DNA of 64,000 nucleotides from the human T2T-CHM13v2.0 reference genome, Homo sapiens. A program made the position numbers and the translations under genes. The stretch lies in assembly GCF_009914755.1 (NCBI RefSeq), contig NC_060933.1, one strand, 5' to 3'. The notes under the pieces are model-generated. The model worked only from the letters and a program-made list of their open reading frames with translations. It ran no database searches and was not told the origin of the DNA. Within the stretch, counting starts at the first letter, position 1. Each line of letters opens with the position of its first letter. This document shows positions 41,021 to 56,609 of the stretch, one piece after another.

Positions 41021-41368
41021 TGGTATGTTTTGGCTGTGTCCCCCATCAAATCTCATCTTGAATTGTAGCTCCCATAATTCCCACAAGTCGTGGAAGGGAC
41101 CTGGTGGGAGGTAATTGAATCATGGTGGTGGGTTTTTCCCATACTGTTCTCATGATAGTGAATCAATGGTTTTAAAAAGGGCAGTTCCCTGCACATGCTG
41201 TCTTGCCTGCTGCCATATAAGTCGTGCCTTTGCTCTTCCTTTGCAGTCTGCCATGATGGTGAGGCCTCTGCAACCATGCTGAACTGTGAGTCATTTAAAC
41301 CTCTTTCCTTTATAAATGACCTAGTCTCGGGTATGTCTTCATTAGCAGCGTGAGAACGGACTAATACA
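41021..41368 (+). mobile_element. THE1 solo LTR
   Basis: tggtatgttttggctgtgtcccc...gaacggactaataca; perfect 5-bp TSD attac. Confidence 0.95.
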
Positions 41369-41539
41369 ATTACATTGCCCACATATACCTAGCTCCTTAA
41401 ATTCTCATTTGAACTGGTTTTAATGTCTTATTAATTGAAGAGTTGATTAAAATCTTTAATTTTAAATACTTGTTTGTGTGTGTGTGTGTGTGTGTTTTGT
41501 TTTTAATATAAATAGAAAAGTCATGTTTTGTTTTGTTTT

Positions 41540-41670
41540 GCTTCTTAAAGCAGAGATGGGGTTTCACTATGTTACCCCAGCTGGTCTTGAATTCTTGGAG
41601 TCAAGGGATCCACCAGCCTTAGCTTCCCAGAGTGCTGAAATTACAGGAGTGAGCCACTGTGTGTCCTGCC
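41540..41670 (-). mobile_element. FLAM
   Basis: Monomer; flanking repeat tagaaaagtcatgttt (41513/41696). Confidence 0.85.
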
Positions 41671-42879
41671 TGCCTTCTGTTTTTTTTTTTCTTTTTAGAA
41701 AAGTCATGTTTCTAATCCTCCAAAAATTATATTTTAATGACAGTCTTTAATAACAATTATCCTTTTAATGACATATATACTCCTAAAAGTAGGAGTGACC
41801 TGTCGTTTCAGATTTTTCAAGCTTAGCCTAGTCTTGTGTCTTCCCCTGGGTAGAAACAATTTATCTGCCTCATCATGGGCCACTCCTATCTCATAAGTTA
41901 TTATCTTTATTCCCATAGCACTTTGAATTTAACCTATTTATAACACGATTGAATTGCATTCTGGGTATTTATATTTGGGCCCTGACCCCATCCCTGTGAG
42001 AAGACTGTAAACCTTTTGAGGACAAGAACTATACCTTTCTTTCATCATTATATCCCCTCAAGTTTCTATAGACCCCAGTGGTGCAGACTTTAGAATTAAT
42101 GAATGGATGGATGAATGAATGAACAAATGAATTGGGCAAGAAATACAAAGATGAATAAAATGGGTTTTCTTGGTGGAGAGACAAATATATGCTGTCATTC
42201 CTTTTGCCTGGTGTCCAGAAAAGCCTTCTGGATCCATTGTTATATATGCATGCATTTTCCTTTTTATGAGGATGGCTGTTTGATGATTGACATTGTTTAA
42301 ATAACTGCAACTAATCAGTTCTGCCCATGGGATTTGGAAACCCTGAAGTATGTTCTTTGGAATAGGATACAGCATTATTTTAAATACTGTGCAGGTCAAG
42401 TATTATTACTAACATATCTCATAAGAAACCAGATGTTGCCAAGGTTTAGTTCACTTAATTCAAGTAATATTCAACATAAAATTGTATTTCGGCCAATAGT
42501 TTTGAATAGAGTTTTAGAATTTGTTGTAATGCGATTAACTCATTATATTAATTATTACCTTGATTCTCAGGAAACTCCTTCTGTGTTCCCAACTGGGGAT
42601 GGGGACTTCTCACTTTGCTCCCAGCTTCTGTCTCCCTTTATCCAGGCAAACAGTCTGTGTCATTATGCCTCCCCATATGCCTCCTGTGTGGGAGTTGTCT
42701 GGTAGCAGAAACCATGCCAGACTCATCGAAGATCCCTATCACCCAACACAGGGTCCGACACTATGTGGGTTTTCACTGAAGGCTTCCTGCATGAAGGGGA
42801 GGAGAGCAGAGATCATGGGCTCTGGGTCAGACCTCAGTCTGTTAAAGAATTATTTCCAAACAAGGAGAACATCGTGACT

Positions 42880-43027
42880 TTCTTTTTTCTTCTTCTTTTT
42901 ATTTAAAAATACAGATGGGGACTCATTATGTTGCCCATACTGATCTCAAACTCCTGGCCTCAAGCAATCCTCTCACCTCAGCCTCCCAAAGTGCTGGGAT
43001 TACAGGTGTGAGCTACAATTCTTGGCC
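42880..43027 (-). mobile_element. FLAM
   Basis: Monomer; TSD aacatcgtgacttt/aacatcatgatttt. Confidence 0.85.
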
Positions 43028-43528
43028 TAACATCATGATTTTCACACAGGTAGAAATTAAACGCATGTTAAATATTTTATTTAACTTATTAATTAGAGAA
43101 TGAGGCAGGTATTATAACCAGTTCAAAGGAGAATCTGAAGAACTAGCACATGTATACATGAGGAATATTGAAATGAATATGCAAATGAAAACAAAACTAG
43201 TTTCCTTTACAGTGGAAGAGGAATCAATGGAAACCTTTGTGGATAAAACAGAATTTACATGTCCCTAAACAAGAATTATTTTGCATCTCTATCAGTTATC
43301 TACAATTTCCAGAGTTGTAAAATAGCTCCCTTGGAATCAGAATCAGGCAACTTAGAAGGTGTTCTCTAGACAATATAGAGTTTCCCGTTAAAGCACAGAA
43401 TTCCCCTTTCAGTTCAAATCTCACTTGAGCTCACCTGAGGGAAGGGCATCTGGGTAGAGATAACAGCACCAGGAAAGGCCTGGAGGCATGAAGCTTCTGT
43501 AAGGGGAGGAAAGTTGCTAGAAGAGTGA

Positions 43529-43898
<370 letters not shown>

Positions 43899-44118
43899 TA
43901 AGGAATTTAAATTTAATCCAAACTTTTAAAATCACACAACTCTAACAAAATATATATTTGGAGCACCTCATCCTCATTTGTGCATATTTGTTAATAAGTT
44001 ATGCATACGTATTGTGGTATTGTGATACCAGAATAACTCTAATAGCACAAACTCAGATATTTAACAGCTGTGTGACCACAGGCAAATTACTTAACATAGC
44101 CATGCCTCAGTTTCTCCA

Positions 44119-44120
<2 letters not shown>

Positions 44121-44155
<35 letters not shown>

Positions 44156-44287
44156 ATGGGAGTCTCATTATGTTGCCCAGGCTGGAGTTCAGTGGCTATC
44201 CACAGGTGCAATCATGGAAAACTATAGCCTCGAACTTCTGGGCTCAAGCAATCCTTCTGCCTTAGCTTCGTAAGTAGCTGGGACTAC
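44121..44287 (-). mobile_element. FAM (fossil Alu monomer) inserted in a MIR
   Basis: Keeps the 7SL-derived cagtggctatccacaggtgcaatcat segment lost in FLAM/Alu; poly-T. Confidence 0.8.
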
Positions 44288-44328
44288 TTTGCCCAGTTTC
44301 AGTTTCCCCATCTTTAAAATGGAGGTGA

Positions 44329-44470
44329 GGCTGGGTGTGGTTGATCATGACCGTAATCCCAGCACTTTGGGATGCTGAGGCTGGAGGCTTGCTTGAGCCC
44401 AAGAGTGTTGCTTGAGACCAGCCTGGGCAACACAGTGGGACCCCATCTCTACAAAAACAAACAAACAAAA
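44329..44470 (+). mobile_element. FLAM followed by (ATACA)n-like tail
   Basis: ggctgggtgtggttgatcatg...ccccatctctacaaaaac. Confidence 0.85.
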
Positions 44471-45566
44471 ACGATACAATACAATGCGATACAATACAAT
44501 ACAACACAACACAATGGAGATGATAACGTAAGGTTGTCTTTCTGTATTCAATGGATCAGGTTGACCACCCCACATGGTATGTGTACTCCATTTCAGAAAT
44601 TATAAAGGAGAGGCTTGATAAACTCTGTGGATTGTAGAGATGAAGAGTTTGGGATAAGAGAAGGGGTAAAGGCAATGAGATCAGAGAAGAGGCAGTATTG
44701 CAGCACAGGACAGAGATGAAGGGGGCTTGAGCTAGGGCACCCACGGGGAGTTGTGAGTGGGGCTCACTGAAGGTAAGATTGGGTGTCTTTGGTAACTTTC
44801 AGACAAGGACTTGCAGAGAAAGGCAGAATGAAGACATGGAGAAGATTCTTTGTGTGGGAGGCAGATGATGCCTAGAACGAGCTTCAGAGTTGGGAAGAGA
44901 GGCAGAGAGGTGCCAGAAAAAGGCAACAATAAGAGGCTCGCTGGACAGTGGGCTCATGTCCTATTGTCCCCTCTGCTTTGGGAGACACTAGTGGCTCATG
45001 CCTGCATTGGTATTTACGACTGAGACTACAACGGGCTATGGTGTTACCCATGATTCATAGGCCCACTATTCTGTACAGATACAGTGCTTGTTACTTTACA
45101 GACAGTGTTTACTTCATTTAGTTTTCCCAATAAACTTGTAGGAATGACTACCATCCCCATTTTACAGATGTAGAAACTGAGACTTACAGAGGTTAAGAGG
45201 CTTGAGCTGTGAAATGACATGCTCAGTATAAAGCACCCTGCTATATAATCCCAAAGAGTGTGTGCTCGTTTTCTCCTGCACCTTGTTGTTTCCCAGCTGA
45301 AACCTAGAAATCTAGAAAATTGCATTCCCTTTGCGCTGGTTACCTCACTTCTCTCTGCTTGGTAATTCTCGATGTCCTTACAAGGAGGAGGCTCCTCCTG
45401 ACCTCTGAGGTGGCCACCTGAAGAGCAGGATATGTCAGCACCTGCTTGCTGGGAAGCACCACCCAGTGTATCCCATTCCTTACCCCAGGAGGCAGACAAG
45501 GATGGGGAGAGGCCTGGTTGAGAAGAGAAAGCTTCATGTGGTTCAAGAAAAATACCAAGTATCTTC

Positions 45567-45861
45567 TTTTTTTTTTTTTTTTTTAAGACGGAGTCTTGCT
45601 CTGTCGCCAGGCTGCCAGGCTGGAGTACAGTGGCGCAACCTCTCCTGCGTTCAAGTGATTCCCGTGCCTCAGCCTCCCAAGTAGCTGGGACTACAGGCGT
45701 GTGCTACCCTGCTTGGCTGATTTTTTGTACTTTTTTTTTTTTTAGCAGAGACAGGGTTTCACCATGTTGGCCAGGGTGGTCTTGATCTCCTGACCTAGTG
45801 ATCCACCCACCTCAGCCTCCCGAAGTGTTGGGATTACAGGCGTGAGCCACCATGCCTGGCC
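45567..45861 (-). mobile_element. AluS (Sc-like) with internal deletion and short tandem duplication
   Basis: gccaggctgccaggctgg; lacks the ctcggctcactgc segment. Confidence 0.9.
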
Positions 45862-46237
45862 CCCAAATAACCTCTTAAGAGTTACAGACTGCACAGGTTA
45901 CTGGCTGAATAAGTTGGGGGAGGCTGGTAGGGAACCTAATCTTTTAAGATTTAATCCACAGGAAAACAAAGGGAGACCCTCCAGAAATCAGAGGCCATTG
46001 CTAAGGGGGAGAATCGGTTGCCTTCAGGCACCTTCACCCCAAATGGCTTGTGTGTGTCTTTGATGTCCTGCCCTCTACTGCACCTCCATTTATTGTAAAG
46101 TGTTACTACTTTCAAAGAATTGGAGAAAGTCTACAATAAGATAGATAAGTTACAGGTGACTATTGTAGGTAACTTAAAAATGTGCTTTACAATTTTAAAC
46201 TCTTCATGCAGACCTAAAAGGATTAAAAGGTGAATGA

Positions 46238-46370
46238 CGCCAGGTACGGTGGCTCACACCTGTAATCCTAGCCCTTTGGGAAGCTGAGGTGGGAGGCTCA
46301 CTTGAGCCCAAGAGTTAAAGACAAGATCAGCCTGGGCAACACAGCGAGACCCCATCTCTATTAAAAAAAG
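46238..46370 (+). mobile_element. FLAM
   Basis: Monomer; TSD aaaggtgaatga. Confidence 0.85.
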
Positions 46371-47615
46371 AAAGAAAGGTGAATGAGGATAATCCCTGGA
46401 ACTCGCTTTAATGAAGGAATCAAAATTATTTATAAAGTGAACATGTACCTTTCTATGCTCTCAACGGTTTGCAGTTTCTCAGCTATTCTGAATAATCATG
46501 TGAAAAGCCTGCATAAATGGTGCTTCTAAAATGCTTAAGCCCTTTCTTATCTGAAAGCTTTGCTTAAACTTCTTTGTGAAAGGCACTGTAGGTTTGTTGA
46601 ATGAATGAAGGAATGACAAAGAGAGTTTTTTATTTTTCTTCAGTACCAAAGGCCAGTTTAAGCCAAGCCCTTGACTGAGTCATCACAAATTCCTGAATTC
46701 ACACATAAAAATGAACTCTTACCATAGATGATGTGTTTGCCAGGACAGGATTAGAATTACTTTTTTGAAAATATTTTATTTAAACATGGGAGGTGCATTT
46801 AGAGTTGTGCCTGTACATTAAGTTATATTCTCCATTATAATTGTGTTGACAGTTGTAACAATTACTCACATTCACTGGGCTCTGCAGAGTTTAAAACTCT
46901 TTGACACTGAAATGTCAAAGAAGTGAGGATACTGAAGTTCAGAGATGTTTCAGCTTGCCCAGAGGTTCACCAGCGTTTGTTCATAGATTAACAAGCAGAG
47001 GTTAGCCCGTATACGATAGCAGGGGTGGCTTCTCTTTAAAAGGAGATATTGTTCTTTCTGTTCTCTAAAGAGGCAATGCAAGCTGGTTGAATGTTGCAGA
47101 GAAATCAGCTTCCCAATTCAGGAGAAATGGGAGCAGGGCAGGCCTCATGCAAGATGCAGCTTTCGAATACTTGAATTTTTTTAGAGTTCTCCTCCTCCTC
47201 TGGGTTGGGCACGTAGCATTCTAGCAAATTCAAAATGTTTTAATTTCAGACTAACCATTCATCTGAAGCAGAACAAAAAAAAAAAGAAAAGAAAAAAAAC
47301 ACATAAAAAAAGCAACTAAATCCGAGTGTTGCAAACTCTTTTAGCAAATAGTTGTGAAATAGCATTGACTTTGCCAGTTCCTGTTTTCATTTTCCATAAA
47401 TCTATTCTGGTATAATTTTATTCCCTTGAAGTAGATGTAGCAAGTTCTTCATGATACTAAATAAAACAACAAGATAATCAGTTAAAAAGCCCACTATATA
47501 TTAAATAACAGCAACAACTAAACTCTGGCCCCAAGTTAAACTTAGAAAAATTACTTTTTTGGGGGAAAATTCAAAAGTTTTAGAGAAGCTGTAAGACTAC
47601 TTAAAAGTGTCCTCA

Positions 47616-47945
<330 letters not shown>

Positions 47946-47969
47946 TCAGTAGTGAGTGACTAAACATAG

Positions 47970-48257
<288 letters not shown>

Positions 48258-48612
48258 AGGAACTATAAATTGAATCAGCTCAGGAGAACCATAAAGATTC
48301 TAGTGTCTTCAAGTTTCTGTAGCACTTATGATGGGGGTGGAAAACAGCATTTGGGGGCTGGTAGGCGCCTGTGGCTTCAGGAAGATCCTTGCTCAGTTGA
48401 CCCCTACCCAGATGCATGACAGTTGGGTCACTGAATCTTTGCAGCCTCAGCTATGAGGGGAGAAGGATGACTGATGTCAAAGGGTTGTTGAGAAGTACTG
48501 AGAGTTGGGAGTCATCTCCACCCAGTGGGAGCTTAACATGGAGTTGCTGCCATTGTTGTGAAAATGAAAGACAGAAAGGATGAAAAAAAGAAACTAAAGC
48601 TTTGCTTTTGTG

Positions 48613-48824
48613 CAGGAGTGTCCAATTGTTTGGCTTCCCTGGACCACATTGGAATAAGAGTTGTCTTGGTCCACACACAAAAAAAGCACTAACACTACTC
48701 ATAGCTGATGAGCTAAAAACAACAACAACAAAAAATCACAAAAACATCTCATAATATTTTAAGAGTTTACAAATTTGTGTTGGGCTGCATGTGTGGCCCG
48801 TGGGCCATGGGTTGGACAAGCTTG
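48613..48824. mobile_element. MER30 MITE
   Basis: caggagtgtccaat...gttggacaagcttg; perfect 8-bp TSD cttttgtg. Confidence 0.93.
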
Positions 48825-50067
48825 CTTTTGTGAGTGAGGCTTGAAGTAGGAGAGCTTAAGAAAATATGAGGGAAGTCCTATCAGAAGCAAGTTATGTAAG
48901 CGGAATATCCCGTTATCCAAGTGAGGCTTTTTGGATAAAAATCTGACACCAAAATTCTTTCCGTGTGCTCCTAATAGCACCCTGAGTGGAACAAATGGAA
49001 GGCGTTTACATTTCACCAACTCCCCTCATCATCTTTTGATGGGGCAGTCAGGCCACATTAGAACCAACTCCAGGCAGCTCATGCTGGAGTGCTCCAATTT
49101 GTAGCGTCTTCCTGTCTGCTGCTTCCCTATTGCAGGCCCACCTGGTCAGCTCTGCCCACTCCTCTTTTGGTCCCTTTTTGAGTGGAAAGCCGCCTGGTCA
49201 TGGCCGCTCTGTGGGGGAAAGCACTTGCAGTCCTTCTGTTGTGTTCCTGGCTGTCATGTGGGTTTTGCAGTGTTGATGAAATGAGAAGCAGGGATCCAAA
49301 TATCACCCTGAGGTCATTTGCCCTATTCTCATTGCTACTCGGGCAATAAGAGTAGGTTGGGCAAACATATAATGGCAATAAAAGACAGTGTGGCCTAAAA
49401 CATTGTGTCTCTGATGCAGAGCCCTCAGCAGTCCTAGAGAACAAACTCTCAGAGCCGGCCATGATCACAAAATAAAAATCATGTCCTTTTGATCCTTCTC
49501 ATAAGGCCAGATCCTGTCGCTATGCTTGCTCATGGCATCCCAAGCATCACATTCATCTCCGTGTAGTTCCTCAGTCTGTTTGGTGGGTCCCACCCTTAGC
49601 CTGACTCTTACCCCCAGGCTATTTGCTCCATGAGGAAGGTCCTGTGTGGCTCCTATGCACTGTGATATCCAGTGGATAACACCGAATCTAGCACCAGTTG
49701 GTGCTCAGCATACATTCCTAGGATGAATGACTTGAAATGAATGTTGTATTCTAGTTTACAGCTTTTTGGCCCAGGACGTTCGGTCCTCAATAACCTTTGA
49801 AAGCCTCCATTAAGTTCTTCCTAACAGACAATAAAAGCTTGCATCATAAAAGGTTTAGTTTTTGGTTTAGTCCACTTGTGAAGATAGAGCACACACAGGA
49901 GGACTGGGGGGTCCCTAAAAATCTAGTTCATCTCCTTGGCATTACAGATGAAGACAGGGACACTCAGAAAGGGGCAAGAACTTAAATAAGTGCAAGAAGG
50001 TGACATAATCACCACTGGACTCTTAACAGCCTGTGTATTTAACAGGTGCTCCTAATAACTCAGGGAC

Positions 50068-50145
50068 ACTATGGTATAGTGGTTAAGAGAGTGGGTTTTA
50101 GGTACCAGACCACCAGGTTGAAATCCTGGCTTGGCTACTTATTAG
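50068..50145 (+). mobile_element. MIR 5' half (split by provirus)
   Basis: ggtatagtggttaagagagtggg...ggttgaaatcctggcttggctacttattag. Confidence 0.75.
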
Positions 50146-50747
50146 TGTTAAAAGAGAAACTAGACAAATTTAACAGGGTTTAATTGAGCAAAGAATGATT
50201 TGCACTTAATCCATGCTTAACATTGGATTTATATCCTCTTAAATACCAACTTTGTTTCTTCAATTCAGGTACATAGCATTGCTTATTAAATGGGTTATCA
50301 TAGGTAATTTGCCTTGGACTGTGGAGCTCATTCAAATTGCATATCTTAATAATTTTGGTACTGGCTGCTTTAACATGAAAATCTGGCAAAGTATTTCTTT
50401 GGCATTTAATTAATATCTTGCTTGAGTTAGCAGTTTTATAAACCAGTCAATCTTTTCATTAGAGTTCTGGGAATTCTTTCTTTGTCCAAATGATCCTAAA
50501 GTAATCAGAAATCTGTATTTAAGAGTTTTTGTCAGCGTCCTTTCCATCCTTTCCAGGAGCCGACCTGCTTAAAGATACAATACTTTAGAATTTTACTTGC
50601 TTGTGAAGAGCTTTCAGAAAATGCGTAAGCATTAAGCAATTAACTGTGGACAAGACTTAAAATGGTCGTGGTTAAAGATGCAATTGACAAGAAAATTTGC
50701 TTATTTGTGTGGCTTACAATAATTTAACATAATAAGCACAATTATGA

Positions 50748-51053
<306 letters not shown>

Positions 51054-51345
51054 ATTAAAAGGTTTTAAAAAGCAAAAACGTTTATTCTTTGATGGAGAGG
51101 AGGGTCAGTTTTCCAAATAATCAAAAGACCTAATAAAGACAGCATGAAACACAATCTGTCTCTCCTTCTCTTCCCTGTTTTTTTTTTTTTTTTTGCAGTT
51201 TACTTAAAGGGTGAAGAATATTTCTTTTGCTCTCTCGCATATTAATACTTCACAAACTCCTTCTTCAAAGAAGAAAATCAAATTTTACTTTTGTATTAGT
51301 GTATTATCAATACTAAAATTAATTTTAAGAAAGTTTTATAAACAG

Positions 51346-51670
51346 AGGGTGGGTATGGTGTCTCACACTTGTAATCCCAGCACTTTGGGAGGCTGAGGCA
51401 GGAGGATCACTTGAGGCCAAGAGTTTGAGACCAGTCTGGGTAATGTAGCAAGACCCTTATGTCTACAAAAATAATAATGATAAAAAAATAATTAAAATAA
51501 ATTAGCCAGGAGTGGTGGCATACACCTGTAGTTCTAGGTACTCAGGAGGTTGCAGCAGGAAAATCCCTCAAGCCCAGGAGTTGGAGGCAGCAGTGAGCTA
51601 AGGTTACACCACTGCATTCCAGCCTGGGTGACAGAGCAAGATCCCATCTCTTAAAAAAAAACAAAAAAAA
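51346..51670 (+). mobile_element. AluJ in provirus
   Basis: ggaggatcacttgaggccaagag; expanded A-rich linker. Confidence 0.9.
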
Positions 51671-52005
51671 ACCCTCATAAACAAATACATCTAATCTCAG
51701 CCAGCTTTTGAACACAAAAATAAGATTTCCATACAATGGATACCTTGTATTTTATAAAATAATCTCTTTTAACCTCTTACATAATATCTTACAATCTTAT
51801 AAGATTATAATCTCTTGTATAATTCTTTTTATCTTCTTTCCCCAACATTTATATTCATTTAGTTTTATCTATAGCATATTTTCCTTCATTTTGAAACAAC
51901 TTTTACATAACCTCAAAAAGAGACAAAATTACTTTTTGTTTGACAACATACTCATCCTCATGTCTTTTTTATAACGTTCTTCACCAAAAAACACCCATCT
52001 CACTT

Positions 52006-52835
<830 letters not shown>

Positions 52836-53019
52836 ATCTCACTTAATATGCTCCGTATACCGAATTGTTTCTTTTTTATCTCGTACTTTTAACTACAATT
52901 AACTATTACAATTAAAATTAACTACAGTTTCAACCCTTAGTAACCCTAATTTCCAGTGAAAAACCTAGGAAGTAATCTGAACTGTTTTATATCAGTATTT
53001 ATAGATAAAAACCATTTCA

Positions 53020-53168
<149 letters not shown>

Positions 53169-55105
53169 AGAGATATGTTTCCTCAATTTTTTTTATTTAC
53201 TAACAGATCTAAATATATTTAGCTTTTCTATACGATGTAAAATAAGATGAAGTATAGAAACTTAAGCTTATGTTTAATAATTAGTGTTTTAGTATTTTAT
53301 AATAACTTAGAAATGACTCAAACATTTTATGATTATCTGTTACTTAATTTAACATAATGTGTCTTTAAGATTTTTAAATTACTGAAAAGAATCTTCAAAC
53401 TATGACACAGGTACACTACCTAATGTCTTCTACAGTCATACTGAGTCTCAAATACCACATGGCACCCGGGACAGCTACGAAAGGCAGGGACCTTCTGAAT
53501 CCTGAATTTACACAGCAGGTGTAGAGGTCAGAACACTGGATGGAGCTGTAAAGAGAATGCCTGGAGGATCTGACTCTTCCTAGTATAACCAAGAAGCAAA
53601 GCTGGGCCATATTGGGCCTGGCTCTGCATTGGAGCTGGTGGCCCAGGCATTGACAACACAGGATGTGTCCCCAAGCCCACAATAGCCACTTGACCAGGCC
53701 CCAGTATCCAGAGGCTCAAAACCAAATACTTATGTAAGCTCCCAGTAAGATGTGTGCAAACCTTCAGGGGAGCCCAACAGCCAGCCCTTATAGCTTTAGC
53801 TTACAGATAAATCAAGCAAGTATCAAAAATATTATAGAAGCAGCAGTTTTGTTGCCTTAAAACATGTATTAGAGACAGCGTAAACCTGTCTGATCAGTAG
53901 ATCCAGGCAAAAATGTTTGAATTATATTTAATACTGACAATTCTGGAGATATTCCTATTTTATTATACCAACAATTTTAAAACTAGCTTTATCTACCAAG
54001 TATCATTTTAGAGCACATAGAAATATCACATGAACATAACATATATAGACACACAGATATACAGACACACAGAAGCACATCTTAAAGCTTTCATGAAGGT
54101 TTTGCATTGGCCAGTTTACAAATAATTTTTCTTTCCTCTATTCAGACTATCCATTTCCCAATTACCTATTTCATTGTCCTAAGTAATTGTTAGTTATGTA
54201 ACCCTACATTTACACTTCTAAACGGATGCCTTTTAGGTGAAACAAAGGAGAAAACGTGTATCTCAAAAGCACAGAGACTTCAGGCCTAATCATTATACCA
54301 TCATTTGCTCAAATCAACAAAGGAGAGTGTAGGTAAGGGCCCAGTTAAAATGGCCAGGAAAATCACCTTATAGGTAACACATGTTATGTAAATCTAATCT
54401 ACCTTTCACAGTTTCTAGTGACTCAGTCCTCCCTCTCTTCCCAGTGCACAGAGGAGTCAATCTTAAAATCTAAGATTTCCTTTATAGATGTATTTTTTAA
54501 AATATAAAATGGTTTTAAAATAGCTAGCTAAGTGCCAGAAAGATGTATTTTGGAGACCAACTTAGTTCAATAGGTGGACTTTTAAACTTAGTGTCTGTTT
54601 CTTAGCTAAAATTACAGAGTTCAGGGTGAAACCCATTAAAGAATAGGGCAGGGAAAGCATTCTCTATGCCTGAACTCAGCATGGATAGCTCTGAAAAATA
54701 ATTAAGCCCTCTTTACCTGAGGGCCTGCCTTTTGTAAATACTACAGCCAACTTTCTTTTCACCTTCAGGGCAGAATAGAAACTAAGCCAAAAAGTTAGCA
54801 GATTCAATTTTTCTTATCAATTAATTGCTTAAGCTTTCTATTTGCCTTTCAAAAAGCCTTTTTAAAAAGATAATAAAAATATTAGAATCTTTTTAGAAGC
54901 TTCTGCCCATCACTAGGCATTCCTGGATAAGCCTAATTTCAGGAGCCCTCACTTTTAAATGCCTTTCTTAAAGTGCAGTGTTGTTCATTTGGAAAGTTCT
55001 ACTGTAATTTTAAATTATCTTTATTAAGATTTTGCCAACTTTGTGTTTTCTGCTTCTATAGCTGGAAGATGGAGAGCTCAGTTCTTCAAAAATTAAGGGT
55101 CCTAT

Positions 55106-55444
55106 TGTTGTGGAACTTTTCCTTAGCTCAGCTAAAGATGGGGTTCTTGTTTCATGGCCACAAAAGATTAGGCCTGCAGACAATTTGAAGGGTGAGTAAG
55201 GCAGGGTTTTACTGGGTGAAAAGGGAAAGAATGGGAAACGGGCCCTCAGCAAAGCCAGAGTCCCTGCTGGTGCACTTCCTGCCTTGCAGTTTGAATCCCA
55301 GGTTCCATACAGGAAGAGGAGGGGCCAGGCTCCTCCTGGCTGTAAACCGTGTGAACTTCTGTGGCTCCAACTCAGTGTGCACTCCTCCCAGTGTGCAGGC
55401 TGGCTGGAGTTTCTCTGAGGACTCCTTCCCACCTGGCTGTCTCA
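55106..55444 (-). mobile_element. MER61-type solo LTR nested in provirus
   Basis: Reverse complement starts tgagacagccaggtgggaagg; TG...CA ends; TSD ctat/ttat. Confidence 0.85.
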
Positions 55445-55534
55445 TTATTTTTACATTGAATCTTGGCTTTGGCTTTCAGATCCCTTTGATCAACTTAGCC
55501 AATAATTCATTCCTACCTAAGCACACAAGAAAAA

Positions 55535-55633
55535 GGATTGGTTACAGCTGGATGTCTGCCTTATTTGAACACAGCTTAAACAGTTGGCTGCCTTGAATAG
55601 GCTGAAACTATAATTCGTACAAGAATAGGTTAC
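55535..55633 (-). mobile_element. Displaced internal MER57 LTR fragment (part 1)
   Basis: Aligns to 56804-56913 of the 5' LTR. Confidence 0.85.
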
Positions 55634-55636
55634 TTT

Positions 55637-55755
55637 ATGTGTGACTTTGAAAAACTTACTTAAAACTCAGTATGCCTCACTTCCCATATTAGCAAAATGG
55701 GAATATTAATAGTTCTGGCCTTGAGGGGTGACTGTGAAGATAAAATGAGTCAGTG
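55637..55755 (+). mobile_element. MIR core fragment inside provirus
   Basis: tgtgtgactttgaaaacttacttaaaactcagtatgcctcacttcccatattagcaaaatgggaatattaatag. Confidence 0.65.
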
Positions 55756-55823
55756 CCTTCATTGCTTGCCTTCCCAAACTACCAGGCCAAAGCCATATTA
55801 GTATATATCTTAATATATATTAG

Positions 55824-56135
<312 letters not shown>

Positions 56136-56178
56136 TGTATATATTTTTTGATTCATTTATTCACTGATGGACACTTAG

Positions 56179-56219
56179 GTTTACACATTCAGTTATGTAC
56201 AGTTTGGGATGTATGGAGA
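56179..56219 (-). mobile_element. Displaced MER57 LTR fragment (part 2)
   Basis: gtttacacattcagttatgtacagtttgggatgtatggaga aligns across the Alu insertion site of the 5' LTR. Confidence 0.7.
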
Positions 56220-56589
56220 CAAAATCTCTGCAAATTTCTGAATGCTAGAGTTCCCAAGGCATTTTCTGCAGGATTGTCATTTACTACTAGTTTTTGTGTG
56301 ACCGAGTCAGACACCTAGGCCTCTAACTGGATCCAATCTAGTTAATTACCAGATCCAATCTCATTCTAGAGCCAGGCCAATTTCTGCTGGGAATACTGAA
56401 CCCGGTTTGGATACAAAATTTGCTCAAACAAACTCAAATAGCTCAAAACACAAATCTGTGACGCCTCAAAATCCAAGAGAGAACTTACCATTCCCAGCTG
56501 CTGTGAGAGAGCGATGGACACAGTGGGCCCAGTGAGCACCTCGCTTGGTCACTGGATGCTCTCAGGGGTCGCTGGAAGTTCTACTTCAA

Positions 56590-56607
56590 ACCCCACTTCT
56601 GATGCTA
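56590..56607 (-). other. Degenerate primer-binding site, tRNA-Leu type
   Basis: + strand accccacttctgatgcta resembles the tRNA-Leu(CAA) 3' end ATCCCACTTCTGACACCA, adjacent to the 5' LTR. Confidence 0.7.
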
Positions 56608-56609
56608 TC

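Noticed and set aside
56590-56607. tRNA-Leu gene
   Set aside because: Only the 3'-terminal bases match; position next to the LTR identifies a PBS.
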